NCBI GenBank assembly: GCA_965644295.1
Contig: CBFFRP010000169.1
Coordinates: forward strand, 1-64,000
DNA: 64,000 bases
Direction: 5' to 3'
From: Paraphysomonas bandaiensis
Lineage: Eukaryota; Protista; Chrysophyceae
Shown: positions 37,501 through 51,200 of the stretch, one piece after another
Position numbering within the stretch: the first letter of the stretch is position 1
How the letters are laid out: the number at the start of each line of letters is the position of its first letter
Translations under genes and position numbers: made by a program
The notes under the pieces: generated by a model
What the model was told of the DNA's origin: nothing
Database searches by the model: none
Seen by the model: the letters and a program-made list of their open reading frames with translations, nothing else

Positions 37501-39063
37501 TCGGCCCGGATGTAGGATGTCCGCTCGGCATAAAAGACGGCGACGTAGTTGGTATGCCCGTCGGGACAACGCTTGGAGATGCCGATGGCTGGCTACTTGG
37601 AATGCACGAGGGCAATGAGCTCGGCGCTGTTGACGGATGGGAGGAGGGAATCCAACTTGGTGCGTGGGTCGGGATGCTAGTCGGCAGAGAGGAGGGAAGC
37701 CCGGACGGAGTACTGCTGGGCGCACATGATGGCGTTGTAGTGGGGTAATTCGATGGCTTCCCACTGGGTGCATTCGACGGCATCCCAGAAGGAGGGACAG
37801 TTGGACATCCAGTAGGAAGTAGGGTCGGATCACCTGAGGGAAGAGTGGTTGGTAACGCAGAAGGAGCGGAAGTTGGATGCAGTGTCGTGGGAGTAGATGT
37901 TGAGGGAACTGAGGACGGAACTGAGGAAGGAGCAGTTGACGGATGGGGAGCAACTTGATTGATCTTAACTTTACACTCAACCAAACCATCCGTACCAGTA
38001 ACTTCGCCCATAATAATTATACCAACCTTTTCGTCGCTGGTGTGCTGTGTCTCTTCGTCGGCGCACTGGTCCTCTTCAGTCACCATACCTACGTCAGTAA
38101 GAGTACTTGAAAATGACCGCAACACCACAGGATTCTGACCCTGTAAACTCAAAACCATTCCAAAGAGCCCCGGTTCATAGAAGTAAGAGAGATGATATGT
38201 AAAGTATACCGGGCTGTCAGTGATTCCGTCTAAAACTGCTGTTTCAAGTCCCATGCCTTCGACACAACTGATAGCAACGCTAGGCCGATAAGACATATAG
38301 GCCAGTGTCTCCGGGTCAGTTAGTACGCTGTAGTTAGGATCAGTTGACTCGTGAGATTCAAGAATAAACCTCGCGAAGAATAGTGCCACATTGAACCCTC
38401 TAGCAAATAAAAAACGATCATTAACCACTGTTTGTAACTGCGTTATGGCTCCCACAGTTGATCCAGAAGGGAATCGACATGTAACATTGGAAGCTTCACA
38501 TCCAGATGGATACAGAAACCTAATATGATTCTCGCGTGCAGCAACATCACTGGAAGGTCTGGTTATGTTCCCAGAACCAATCATAAAAAACTCATTCGAA
38601 ATATTATACGCCCCCTTTTCAACTACAGACCATGCTATGGGTAATGGCGGGGACACTGGTGTAGGAATCTTCCACTCCTGACAGTAATATACGTGTCAGT
38701 CCAGAGAAATTGGTTTAGTTTTATTACCTTTGAACAAAAGCTATCATTGGGCTGGTAGAGCCTGGTCTCAAAAGAGATAATTCCATTGTTATTTCTAACA
38801 TCTCTGACCCGAGCAGTCAAAGGAAGGCTATGATTCACATCCTCAGTGAATGGGAGGCTGATAAACACCACTGCGTCCTCGAATGTAGAAGAATTGGTTG
38901 AAACTTCAACCCAATTCTGGTCATCGAGGTCGATATATCCCACTTCAATCCATGGGTTCTCTACAAAGCTATCATTTATCATGTCAATGGGTGGTAATGC
39001 AGATCGGGCTATTTGGGAGGACAATAGCCCCACAATTACTCCAGTTAGGATACTAATAAACAT
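31560..39063 (-). CDS. Giant single-pass membrane protein (~2,400-2,500 aa): lectin-like module, P/T/S stalk, FN3-like, REJ-like, GPS-like, 1 TM
   Basis: Signal peptide MFISILTGVIVGLLSSQIARS (ATG 39063). A 50-nt intron (38678-38727) joins ...NDSFCSK|EWKIPTP to the 2243-aa ORF. Two small 3' introns join ORFs 31693-31944 and 31560-31769. REJ-like motifs DASQSYDQD..YFSWRC, NSPPSGG..V.P, WVDDDGDLPLYY; TM LIIPLLVLFCCCLFCCLLFFC. Confidence 0.85.
36340..37955 (-). repeat. Coding P-x-x-x stalk with near-perfect minisatellite core (36565-37350)
   Basis: GGTATCGAAGTCGGATAACTCGAAGGAAGACTCG recurs at 36579, 36711, 36843, 36951, 37023, 37095 and 37227 (spacings 132, 132, 108, 72, 72, 132). Confidence 0.95.
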
Positions 39064-41399
39064 TACACTAACTCTGTGCTTCACAGAGACAAACAATCAG
39101 CACAAAGAAGGTCTACACGCACTTTTAAATCTGTCAGTCCTCACACAGTGTCGAGATGGCGGACTAGATCTAAGTTGCAATACAATGAAATTGGTCTAGA
39201 AATGAAGCATAAAGTATACAGAAAATACATACAATCTGGCCAAATTTTTAAATAAAAATTTCGACAAAATATTGGAAACAATTCATAACATACTGTGTAT
39301 ATTGTATATGGATATCCTGTGGATAGTGTTGTACCTACGCCCCCCCCCCAGAATTTTTATCTCAAAATTCAGAAAAAAAAAGAGAGATTAATTTTACACA
39401 AAAATTACAACGGTGTTTGATCCAGCAAAAATTACAATGCTGTTTTGGGTAAGAATCTTTTTTTGGAAGTGTGCGGTGTGCAGGCAACGAATGCTGACCT
39501 TTGAGGACATCCGACTTCATCATGTATTTAACAATCCTACTGATCCCATGACATAACCATGATCATCAAACAGTTTCAACATTTCCTCCTCTGTGCTGCA
39601 CTCGTGTAGTCAGTTTGTAGCGAAGTATTGTCGTTTGCATGCGACAAATACGCATTCAGTCGCCTAATCGAAACCTATTATATTATTATAGGCATATATA
39701 GTGTTTCAGATGTGGGAAATGTATCTGTAGAGAGGAGAGACGGCCGATATGGCAGATTTTTTTGGTATTACGGACTGCTTTCAGGAGAAGCAGAAAATGC
39801 GACCTGACGAATGAAGGTTGAATTTTAAATTGTGGTCACAGTGACGGCTATTAGAAATAATAGATGTATAGAGAATGAGTCTACAAAGAACGATTTGTCA
39901 AGTGTGTGAGTATGATGGAGATGAAGTGCTTGTAGCTGCAGATCACCACTGTTACCCAGTACAGACAAGGATGATATTAGAATTTGTTTCCGTGGGCTGT
40001 GTTATTTTTTGTTTTGAATTTTATAGTGGAATATGTCTTCCATATGAAGCGACTACGTTCTCTTGTGGTAATGGTGGGATTAACTATACTAAGTACTGCT
40101 TTGCACTGAAGCGATTGATTCAATTAAATAAGTTTTTTTTAATGATTTAATAGTATCAATATCTAGCTACAAAGTCGAATAAGTTTTATATTCCCGAGGT
40201 TGTAAGTTAACAGGCTCAGTAGGGGGTAAGGATCAGAGGATAGAATTAGAAACTGTTGTTATACTTGTGGTGGGGCCCCTTACTTTTAGTTGGGATGCAG
40301 TATGTATTCTACATATGTATTGCCATGCATCAGGGTTTAGTAACCAATAATGGTAGTCCAGTTTCCGGCAATTATAATGCCTAAGTAGATAATATCGCTC
40401 ATAATGATAGTGTGGTGCTCCCTTAATTTCTAATTTAGTTCAATACTAGTCTACGAGTCGTAACTACGGACGCATCATTATTCTTTTCGTTCTCGCACAT
40501 CAGGATCTTCCTAGCTAGGCTTCATATGGAGGATTTTAGCATCCCACAACATGTAATTTGCTCGTAGGAATAGCAACACTTATCACGATATGGATTCATG
40601 TTATAATCAATGCCCAGGTGTCATAATTCATAATCATCTCTTAGCACTTAGCACGACTACTAAGCCTCCCGATATGATGATGATGATAGATTCTGAATCA
40701 TATAAAAGTCTTTTATTAAAAGAAATCATGACAAGTCGAATCAAAATGCATTGACCATAATGTGAATGGATTGCCATTATTACAATATACAATATAAGTG
40801 TATCTATACCATAGTTCTAGATTTATTGCTCATGAGAACAGGACAGGTATTTTGGTATCGTCGAGCATTTTGTATATAGTACTGATAAAATTGCAACTGC
40901 ATGTAACATGCACTTTATAATCTTCAAGTCGAAGAAAAAGTGATAAAGATAAATGGTAAACGTAATAAGTATGCTTTATATCAAAGAATATCCAACGTTA
41001 AACTCTCCACAAAGGCATGGTATCAAATCCACTCTAGAAAACGAGTGAAAACTATTACAAAAACACGCGCCTCATATTATTCAAACAAAAAATATATACT
41101 TACGATCAAATTGTTTGCGTTAGCCGTAAATATATTGCATGATGACACTATCGATCCACTCTTTCAGTAGCTGTTTGACTAAAACTGATCAGCCCAGCAC
41201 CAAAAGCACAAACAAAGGCGCCGACATACCACATTTTCGGGACATACTCATTGAACAGCAATATACCAATGCACCCCTATTTATACGGTATCAACGATAA
41301 AGCTACAGCTGAATATGACTCACCGATATCACAAAATTTGAAGATGTTGATAAAGCTGTGACGTACAAAGTGGACGTTTCTTTCTTAAGTGCCCGAACA

Positions 41400-41670
41400 A
41401 AGTACGCCATCATTAAGCCGTTACAAGCAAACATCAGCCCTAGGAAGAACGATCTTATAGTCCAATCAACCTATACATAGAATAAGAAATATATATTGGC
41501 AAAGTTGTCGATTTACCAGGGGACATTGGCTTTCATTAAAAAATATCAAACAAAATGACCTGCTAATACTCACAGCAACAGATGTTCCATTTAGTGAGAT
41601 CTACATATATCAAGAACAAATCATTGAAGCATGAAGGAAGCCTGCTTATATCGACCTTTCCAAGAGCAGA
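41400..41670 (+). pseudogene. Possible highly degraded non-LTR (LINE) reverse-transcriptase remnant
   Basis: Fragments AIIKPL, SYSPINL..IGKV and AYIDLSK appear in the order of LINE RT motifs (AxIxPI, YRPISL, xIDxSKAFD); many stops and frameshifts. Confidence 0.3.
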
Positions 41671-41906
41671 TGCGCATGCAGCAAGAGCACCAGAAAATAT
41701 AGCCTCAACCGGAATATACATACTCAAGTGTCTGCTATAACCTCCACTAAGAGCTGACTATGGTATTTCTAATCGCGCTCATGATTTCTAATCAGTGGTT
41801 ACTTCAACCCCCATAGAACTACAGCGGACGTTAATGTCGCCTCTTCTCAGTCAGGTCTCTTAGCTGCTAACAACAGCACATCAAACCATCCCTGTGATAC
41901 GGTAGG

Positions 41907-41920
41907 GTATACCGGTATAC
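41907..41920. promoter_or_regulatory. Palindrome upstream of the 4202-aa gene
   Basis: GTATACCGGTATAC, a perfect 14-bp palindrome, also at 8769-8782. Confidence 0.4.
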
Positions 41921-42231
41921 CGTGTACCAAAGATTGAAAACTGAAAAATGATATGCTGAATCTTCCTCAACACACCGCTGCAGGTGCTGGACACGCACAT
42001 CCCTCTCAACAGTTAAACCGCTTGAGTCCAACTGGGTGTGGTGAGTATAAGGCGGTGAGGGAGATATGAAAGCATGGGTAATGTGCCACCATGCGCTGCT
42101 TTGATAACTGTTGTACCTTGAGGTTAACTCGCCACCGCACTATTCGTCGTCTGTCTTATATAAAATATGCTGCAGTATCATACGTTTGATGTCATCAGTT
42201 TGTTATAAATTACACGTCATTTCTCTGTGTA

Positions 42232-45200
42232 ATGATATTGGCTGCTCTCCTTTTACTATGGAGTCACTCTTGCAGCTCAGCAGAAATTGAAAATTTCTTG
42301 GAATGTAAAGATGTTGATGACGACCCTTCCATCCGAAGCAATGAGACGTGTTTATATGTTGAAATTATTGACAGTTTCGGTGATGGTTGGGGTGAAGATA
42401 CAAAGTTAATGTATTGGAAAAGTATCGATGGTATCATCACTAGTATATACGATGCAAGTTTAACCTGCGAGTGTGCAAGAATGGCTGGCTGCTTGCCCGT
42501 TGATGACTCAGAGATATCTGTTGAGTCCTTCTATTTCACAATGGCCGGTACTATTCTGCCGAAATATTTCTGGGAGATTCAGTGGACAGTACAGTGCGTA
42601 CAAGGTGGTGAGTTAGGTTCAAAGTACTATGGTGGATACAACACATCACTAGAATTATCCTACCATCGAAACACTGGGAAGTATAGCTTGGACAACTCTG
42701 AGAACTTGTGGGTATATCCCGAGGTATGCACCATGGATCCCTCAAGTTATGCGGACAATCTATATCATGTGGATAAAACAGGACGCCTTTTTAGTTATGC
42801 CAACGAGAGCACTGCCTATACTGGGTCGGGTTTATATATCACACCATTTGAGAATAGAAATGAAATCCAGTGGATGCGGTCGGGATGTTGCACAGACGGA
42901 GGTCCTCTCACTCTGTCGGATGGGTTTTATATATTGCGATCCACCGGTTCCTGTGACTTGACACAGGACCGCTATGTGTGGCGTGTTTGTAGTAGTGCGG
43001 GCGGACCTCAGGAGGAACTTGTGGTAGAGTTTGTGGATGGAAAATGCTTTCCCCACAACCAGTTTCCTGTGGACGCAATCTGCAATGCAAGTACTAACTC
43101 AAGTGGATTGTTATCTGATATTTCATTACTAGCCCGTCGTGAAGGCTCGTCCAGGCCCATTAGCGGTGCGCCGGATACCTCTTCAATCCAATTCGTATCT
43201 ATTTCGTCTTCAATGTCCGGATCTACAGAGCTTTCTCCCTCGGCGACTAATCCGAAATGCGAAAGTACATATAACCACAGCTCGGATGTCATTGATATGA
43301 TTTCCCATAAAGTTCTAGATTATTTTTGGGTGGAAGCGAGCTCTGTTTTATCTAACGATCAGGCTTGGACCGTAGTCACCACCACTCTGAATACTTTTAC
43401 ATCTCCGGTTGTGTTTGTCGGACTGCCTGAAATCCCGGGAGAAACATCCAATGAGGGCTATCCTGCAATTTCTCGTGTTCGAAATATTATCAGCATCAAT
43501 GGTATTGTGACATTCGAAACTAAAATATATCAGGCTAATGACAGTATGTGTTCTAAAGCGTGGCATATTCCAGTTCCAATATCACCTGATTTATTATTGA
43601 CGTGGCTTGTAGTTGATCGTGGCGCATATAATATCACGGGACATTACTTTATGATTGGCGAGGGTCCAATATATCGGTTCAATGACGACGTCTCGAATAG
43701 GAGCAATTTTATACGCTTTGACTACCCAGTAAGTTGTGTATCGTCTACAGAAAGTTGCGCTTTTGATGAAGGTACACCAATAGGTGTCATTCTTCAATTG
43801 CAAACACTTGTGTACGATCGTCTCTTGATACCCCGTGGATTCACTGTTAGACGTCGGCACATTAGAGTTGTGTTGCAACCTCATGACTCTGTCGATGCAA
43901 CGTACTATAGTATGACAGATCCTGAATCACTTGGTTTTATGGCATTTGAGACTGGTATTGGTATCAGTTGTGTGGAGGGAATGACATTTGAAACTCGGGC
44001 CTTTGACGAAGTCACAAACGTGAAGCTCGATGTCGAATTCTTATACGAGTATAGTAACCCCCCTGGAATATTTGGTACTATTGGTACCTCCACCAGTCTT
44101 ACTGATAGTACGGGATTGAGAGTGTTCGACAGAACGAATATTGGAGCGAGTGTCATTACCCAGGAAGATCAGTGTGTGGACGAGGAAACTTCTCACTACA
44201 CTGCGGAGGTTGTGTACACCATGGTTGTTGGTGAACAGAACCTGCAAACGTCATGCGTATTCTGTAAAGCCGTGTTTTTTGCCGAACAACCAGCACCAAC
44301 CTCGCGCCCTTCTCTGACTTCAACGCCGTTGCCAACTTCACTACCAACCACATCACCGATAGCTACCACGAGTTTTGGTCCCTCCTGTTTTCCAACAGAG
44401 CACCTAACTTCTGCCCCATCTACCATGCCTACACTTTCGCCAACCGGACAGCCATCATCTATTCCAAGTATGTCCCCCATCAGTGTTCCCTCACTTTTTC
44501 CTACGTTGCTGCCAACTGGACACCCAACGTCTACTCCTAGTACATCACCAACTTGGGTTCCATCTCTATCCACTACAACAGGACAGCCAATCTCTATTCC
44601 ACCTATGTCACCTTCTTCAGATCATACTTTTCTCCCTACATTGCCCCAGAGCACTTCTCCAACACTGTTACCCCCAAGTGTCCCGTCTACAAACCCCACT
44701 CTGTTTCCGACGCCACATCGAACTGAATTTCCCACGTCAATTCCATCAGCAGTCCCACCGAATATTCCTACTGTTTTGAACCCAACGTCGCAGCCTAATT
44801 CCTGTACCCCTCGGCTTGAAAATTCCACCGATGTGTACGACATGATCAACCGTGTTGAGGTTACTTCGTACTGGTTAGAGTCCGGATTTGTGAGGGCGGA
44901 TGATCAGAATTGGGTAACTGTTTCAACTGTGCTCACTTCATTTGAAAACATAGTGATATTTGTAAGCCTTCCTGATATAGCGGGAGACACATCCGACGAT
45001 GGGTTTTCTGCAATTGCACGTGTTCGAAATGTTGTGTCATCTGGTCATGTGTCATTTGAGACTCGTATTTATCAAGCCAACGACAGTTATTGTTCAAAAG
45101 AATGGTACATTCCGAGCGCTTTACGTGAACCGATACCGCTGTCATGGATGGTAGTTGAACAGGGTGCGTTCAATTTGAGTGGGCATTACTTTATGGTTGG

Positions 45201-48200
45201 AAGTGGTCCCATAAGTCGCCAAGACAGTGATGTTACGAATCCCGACAACTTTGTTCGATTCAATTACCCCACTGGCTGTGTATCGGCCAATGTGAGCTGT
45301 CTTTTTGAAGAAGATGATAATATCGGAGTAATACTGCAGCTGCAGACCGTCGTGTATGATCGCATATTGATACCTAGAGGATTCAATGTCAAGATTCGAT
45401 TTGCTAAGGTCGTATTACAGCCCCATGACTCTGTCGATATGTCGTACTACTCCATGCCCTCACCTGAAACTCTTGCATATATGGCGTTTGAAACGGGGTT
45501 GACTATAAATTGTGTTGAGAAGTGGACTCTAGAAACACATTTTTATGCTGCTGTGACGCATATCAAAATCCAAGTTAGTTTTAATCAAAACTATATCTAT
45601 CCACCGGGACTGTATGGGACGATAGGAACCTCTACTAGTTTATCTGACTCAACTGGACTTCGTGCCTTTGATCGGACAATATCGGGTGCTTGTTTGATAT
45701 CCCAGGAGGACCAATGTGTGGATGACGAGACAATGCATACAACGGAGGAAGAGGTATTTGTAATTGTAGTTGGCGAAGCTAGTCCTCAAGAAGGATGCGT
45801 TATTTGTCGTTCGGTCTTTACTTCTTTGTTAAGCTCGAATCCCACAACCACCCCAACTCAACCCCCCTCGGCATCAATAGCCCAACCAACATCGTTCCCA
45901 AGTAGTCTGCCGACAATGTGCCCAACTAGTCCATCGACATCATACCCAACTAGTCCATCGGCGTCATACCCAACTAGTCTGCTGTCATTGCACCCAAGTA
46001 GTCAGTCGACGTCATACCCAACTAGTCTGCCGACATTGCACCCAAGTAGTCAGTCGACGTCATACCCAACTAGTCCATCGGCGTCATACCCAACTAGTCT
46101 GCCGACATTGCACCCAAGTAGTCCATCGACGTCATACCCAACTAGTCTGCCGACATTGCACCCAAGTACTCAGTCGACGTCATGCCCAACTAGTCCATCG
46201 ACATCATACCCAACTAGTCTGCCGATATTGTGCCCAAGTAGTCAGTCGACGTCATACCCAAGTAGTCCGTCGACGTTGTGCCCAAGTTGTCTACCGACAT
46301 TATGCCCGAGCAGTACGCCGACATCAGTGCCGAGCTGCAGCTACACATACAACCCTTCCCTACATTCCACCTCTCCGTCGTCAACTTTGCCATCTATGCT
46401 TCCCTCCTCACAAGCAATACCAGTGCCAAGCAGCACGTCGTTAGATGCCCCATCTATTATACCATTGTGCTTTCCTGCACCTTTATCTTCTGAATGTCCT
46501 AGCGTATTGCCAACTACTGCTCCAACGTTGTCCAGTGTGTCGCCCACATTGAACTGGGATATAGGGGAAACAGTTTTTCCTACTCTAACCCCAACATTGA
46601 CCATCACTGATGCACCTTCCCAAAGTGAAATTGGATCTAGTATTTCCCCCTCATTCGGTTCTGGTATTGGAACAACTGTCGAACCTACAGTCATTCTAAC
46701 GAGCACCCCGTCATCTCCAGCTATAGGTACCACTTTAAATCCGACCAGAAGTGATGGAATTGAATCCACTGTGGCACCTACTAGTGAAGACTTTGCTAGT
46801 TTTTCTTGCAACTGCTCTAACATTAGTGACTTTGTTACAAGCGACAAGGTTGAAGCCGATTTGATGTTTAGTTTTTTTATAAATGACGAAAGTAGTTATG
46901 AAGATGGTACTGCTCGTTGGGACAAATTTGTATCTTACAATTTGGATGTACCCTTTTCTTTGGAATATTTTGATATTGAGGTCTGGGGTGTCAAGTCCTA
47001 TGTTTCTGATAATGATGCTCTCAAGGAAGGCGCGGATATGCACTCCGAGTGCTACCATTCGAAGTGTCCTGATTCTAATTTAGCAAATGAGATTGTGGGG
47101 GCAATTGTTAACTTTCATAATGTGTCAGTCCTCTGTGGTGATTCTCTGTGGCAGACAATTAATGGACACTTATTTGTCGACAGCTCCAGTTTCCCATGCA
47201 ATGCTGCCAGTTCTGAGAACAAATTTATTGTCGTGCCGGAGATGCAGAATTCTTGCAATAGCGAAGGCTCTGTTGCTCAGGTAGTATCTGGTACAGTAGC
47301 TATTAGCATTAGAGAACTAGCTTCTGACAATATTCCGAAGATTCATGCGATAATATCTGCATCTGCCGTAGATAGCAGTAGTGTAGCAATAGCTCTTAAT
47401 GTATCATTTTCACAATTTGGGGGTATTGTGTGTGTTGGTGCATTTTTGTCAGATACAATGCTGTCTTCTATCAGCAGCTGGGCTGTGAAGTACCAAGGGT
47501 ATTGTAGCGCCGGGCTCATGAGACCGTTAGGTGGATCCTGGGAAGTGGTCACAATTAAAATTGACGACTTGGATTCGCTTGAGCTCTACGATATATATGC
47601 TTCTGCCACAGATAGCTTTGGTAACACTGCACCGTTAGACACTGGTGTATCGACAACAGTGGTGTTGCCCTGCTGCAAAGAGTTATCTTTCACTCGCCCA
47701 TTCCCCTTGAGTGTTCCGTCCACATTGTCGGAATATGATGCACTAGATGCAAGCGAGTTGGATTTATACACACTGGGGGTCGAGTTATCATCTCCCCCTG
47801 TGCAGTCCATCATGGTGTTTCTTGATATTGTTGAGAACACTGGTGAGACGGCCAATATTTCGTATTCCCCTTCTTTCATTGAGTTTGGGTCTGGGGAATC
47901 GAATCTCATAGGCTATTTTCTTGTTCATGGTTTGGCTGGATCATATAGAGTGAGCATTAAAGTAACGGGCCCCGGGAGCGAAGAATTCAATGTTCCCGAT
48001 GCAGTTATAGTCGGCGTACTGGATAATTGGTCAGATTTTGCACCACCGTCACTATACGATGCCACGTTTGATGAATCTGGTGGACAAATACATGTTACAT
48101 TGAATTCTCCGAGTGATTTTGGTATATCGTTACTTGGTGGTACAGATGGTCTGTGGGAATGCACGAAACTGTTTTACTTTGGGGGTGATATAAACGCTGC

Positions 48201-51200
48201 ATGTGCTTGGGCTAGCGCATTCAGTATAACGGTGTACCTTGATTACTATGAGCATTCTGATTCCATTTTGGTCATACCTGGTGATGACATTGTGTTGAAA
48301 AAAGGGGTCCTTCAACCTTACTGCCCGTCACGTATGGAATGTAAGTCTCTGTTTGCGGAAGAATCCAGAGCGACTGTAACCTCAGGACCGACAGCTGTGA
48401 ACCCGTACGTTGATTTGCATGCCGCTGATGTCGTTTACGCTTGCGACGACATCATTGTAGATGCGTCGCAATCATCGGGGTCAGGGGGTCGGAAATGGAA
48501 ATCTATTGAATGGCGGGTGGTTTCAGCAGATGGTAGCAGTGTTGAAAGTGTTTTGTCTTCACTGAGGGCTCAAAGCGATTTGTCTGTTCCGATTACGATT
48601 CCTTCTTATGCAATACGAGAAACGACGTACTATATAAGCCTCGGATTGAGAAATTTCCTTCAAAATATTTCTGATCCACTTGTTTTTGGAACAGTTGCTG
48701 TAACTGTACGTTCCGGTACTGTCGTCAGTGCTGACATTAGTGGAAGGAATTATCGTGTCTTGAGGCAGACCTCGCCCCTGCACTTGTATGCACAGTTGCT
48801 TTTCTCAGCGTGCAATCATTCGGATGCAGTGTCGGTATCGTTCAAGTGGAGAGTGTATGAGAACTTACACTTCACTGACTTCGTATCATCAAACAGTTCT
48901 AATCCAAGTGAGTTTAAAGTTGATGGCTCGGTGTTTACAGCAGGCTCGCTATATAGAATTTACGTATTTATTAGCACTACAATAGATGGAATGGAGTTGG
49001 AGAGCAGTTCTGTGGTATCGATTTACAGTGTGAATGATGATGCGAATGCTGTTATTTCGGGCGGAGTGTCTGCGTTATTGGTGCGTCCTGATTCTGAACT
49101 CATTCTTGAAGCAGAACCATCTGCTGTTGATGAAGCCGAATATCTTTGGACATGTCTGGTCACTAGTACCAACATGTTCGGGTATAAATGTGCTGATATT
49201 TTCGGAACCTCAACCACAGAACGAACAAGTGTATATTTGACTCTACCATCCGGAACACTGAATGTCAATACGGAATATCTGTTTACCTTTACGATTACAT
49301 CATATGTTGCAGGCCGAGAAACGACCTCATCGGCCGCCGTTCATGTTAGCACTGGAAGTTCTTTGTCGCCATTGAAGTGGTACTCCTCCATTGAGTCAAA
49401 TATGACGATTGAAATACAGGCGGAGTCGTTTTTAAAGGAAGTTAGCCCAAGTCGGCGTTTTGAATTGAATACTCGCGTTCATTCTAGTTGTAATGAAGGT
49501 GCCAATGTGAGCTGGAGTTTATTGTCAATTGGGCCCAGTAGAAACGAATTGGACCCCTCCCTCTCTTATACTGCCCTCGACAAACACTTTTCCTACCGTT
49601 ATGTTTACAATGGGATTAGCTTCCCTTTGGGTTTGTATCCTGATGCCCTAGCAATTGGAGGGGTATACATTTTCCGCTTGACTGTTGACATAAGTCCTGA
49701 GGATTTCACTTACGCAGATATCACAGTCCGTGTCAATGATCCTCCTGCGTGTGGTTCACTCTTCGTATCACCAAAGAGTGGAGAGTCTTTCGATACGATT
49801 TTTACTTTGTCTACGTCGTATTGGACTGATCGCATCGACGACTATCCCCTCCGCTATAAATTTGCGCATCAAGTGTCGACAGAATTCGATCAAACGCAGT
49901 TTTACAGTGCTATCAGTGTGTGGGAACAAAAAAGCTTCGTGTATACAACACTCCAATCTGGTTTGAGTGTTGAAAATTATAGTATAGCGTGTGGTGTTTT
50001 CGTGGCCGATATATGGGGGTCAGAGGTACTCTCACAGTATATCGTACACGTCACGAAATCCGCACGAGAATCAATACGTGATAATATCATCGCACAACTA
50101 GACGACATAGTTTATTCCACTGGCAATGGACATTTTCTCACTGACTTAAGTGGGGCCCATAATGTATTGCATCAAGCTGCATCATTGCTAGGCATATTAC
50201 ATGAACCCAACTGCAGTTCGGCTCCCCATTGCAAAGCTCTTAATAGGGAAGAGTGTGCAACTGTAAGTCATACTTGTGGCCCCTGTATAGAGGGATTCAG
50301 TGGAGTATTCGGGGATGATAACCGTATGTGTTTTAATAGTACACTTGCTCTGAGCAGAATTGGCAATTCTTGTTCAGATAATGATGATTGTTTGTACGGT
50401 GAGTGTTCTAATAGGTCATGTGTCGTGCCCGTGAAGGACTGTCCACTGGGTAAGTTTGATGGTAGTGTGTGTTCCTCCAATGGCGTGTGCTCATATAAGG
50501 ACTCCCATGGTACCATCATCGAAGAAGAATTATGCACAGTAGACAACACGAACTGTATTGCTACTTGCGACTGCACAACTGGAGGAGGAAAAGACTGCAG
50601 TCTTTCTGACAGTGAATTATCTATTCTATCTAGAATTCGTGGGCAGCTCTGTATGGCTTTGGAGAGTATGCTTTTTTATATTGATGATATGGAGATCAGA
50701 ACTGAAACATCTGTCAGATTACTATCACGAATATATGATACGCATGAGGTTAGTACTGCTGAAAGTTGGGCTCAGTGCAACAGGGCACTAGAAGCTGCAT
50801 TCTCGAATTTGGCTGCAAGTGGAACCAAGTATGTCCCGAAATTCATCGTTACAGATGCACTGGTGACGCTATCGAAATACTTTCAAAGCGACTTCTACGA
50901 ATACACCGGGTCTAATTCGGTTGACTGGGCGCTGGCCACGTTCAAAGACACGATATTGGCCGATATGTTGGCAGGTCAAAACCCTATCGTAGTGTTTTCA
51001 GACAGCTTAAGGTTGGAATTTCGACAAGATTTCCTCAGCGACTTCTATGGTGCTGTACTCAAAACGCCTTTGACAAATGAAGAGATTTTCTATGGTGCTG
51101 AGGCGGTATCTATATCTATACCCGAGAGTGGACTGGATTTGTGTGGGGCATTCGAGGATTACGCTAAATTAGTGGTTCATTTGTGGAATATAAACCCATA

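Noticed and set aside
36271-37989. 572-aa Gln/Arg-rich ORF overlapping the giant minus-strand gene
   Set aside because: Alternate-frame shadow of the P/T/S repeat, which lacks stops in that frame; it spans only the stalk.
39440-39800. Possible PIF/Harbinger transposase relic in the spacer of the giant pair (EEEMLKLFDDHGYVMGSV)
   Set aside because: Similarity too fragmentary; no TIR pair found.
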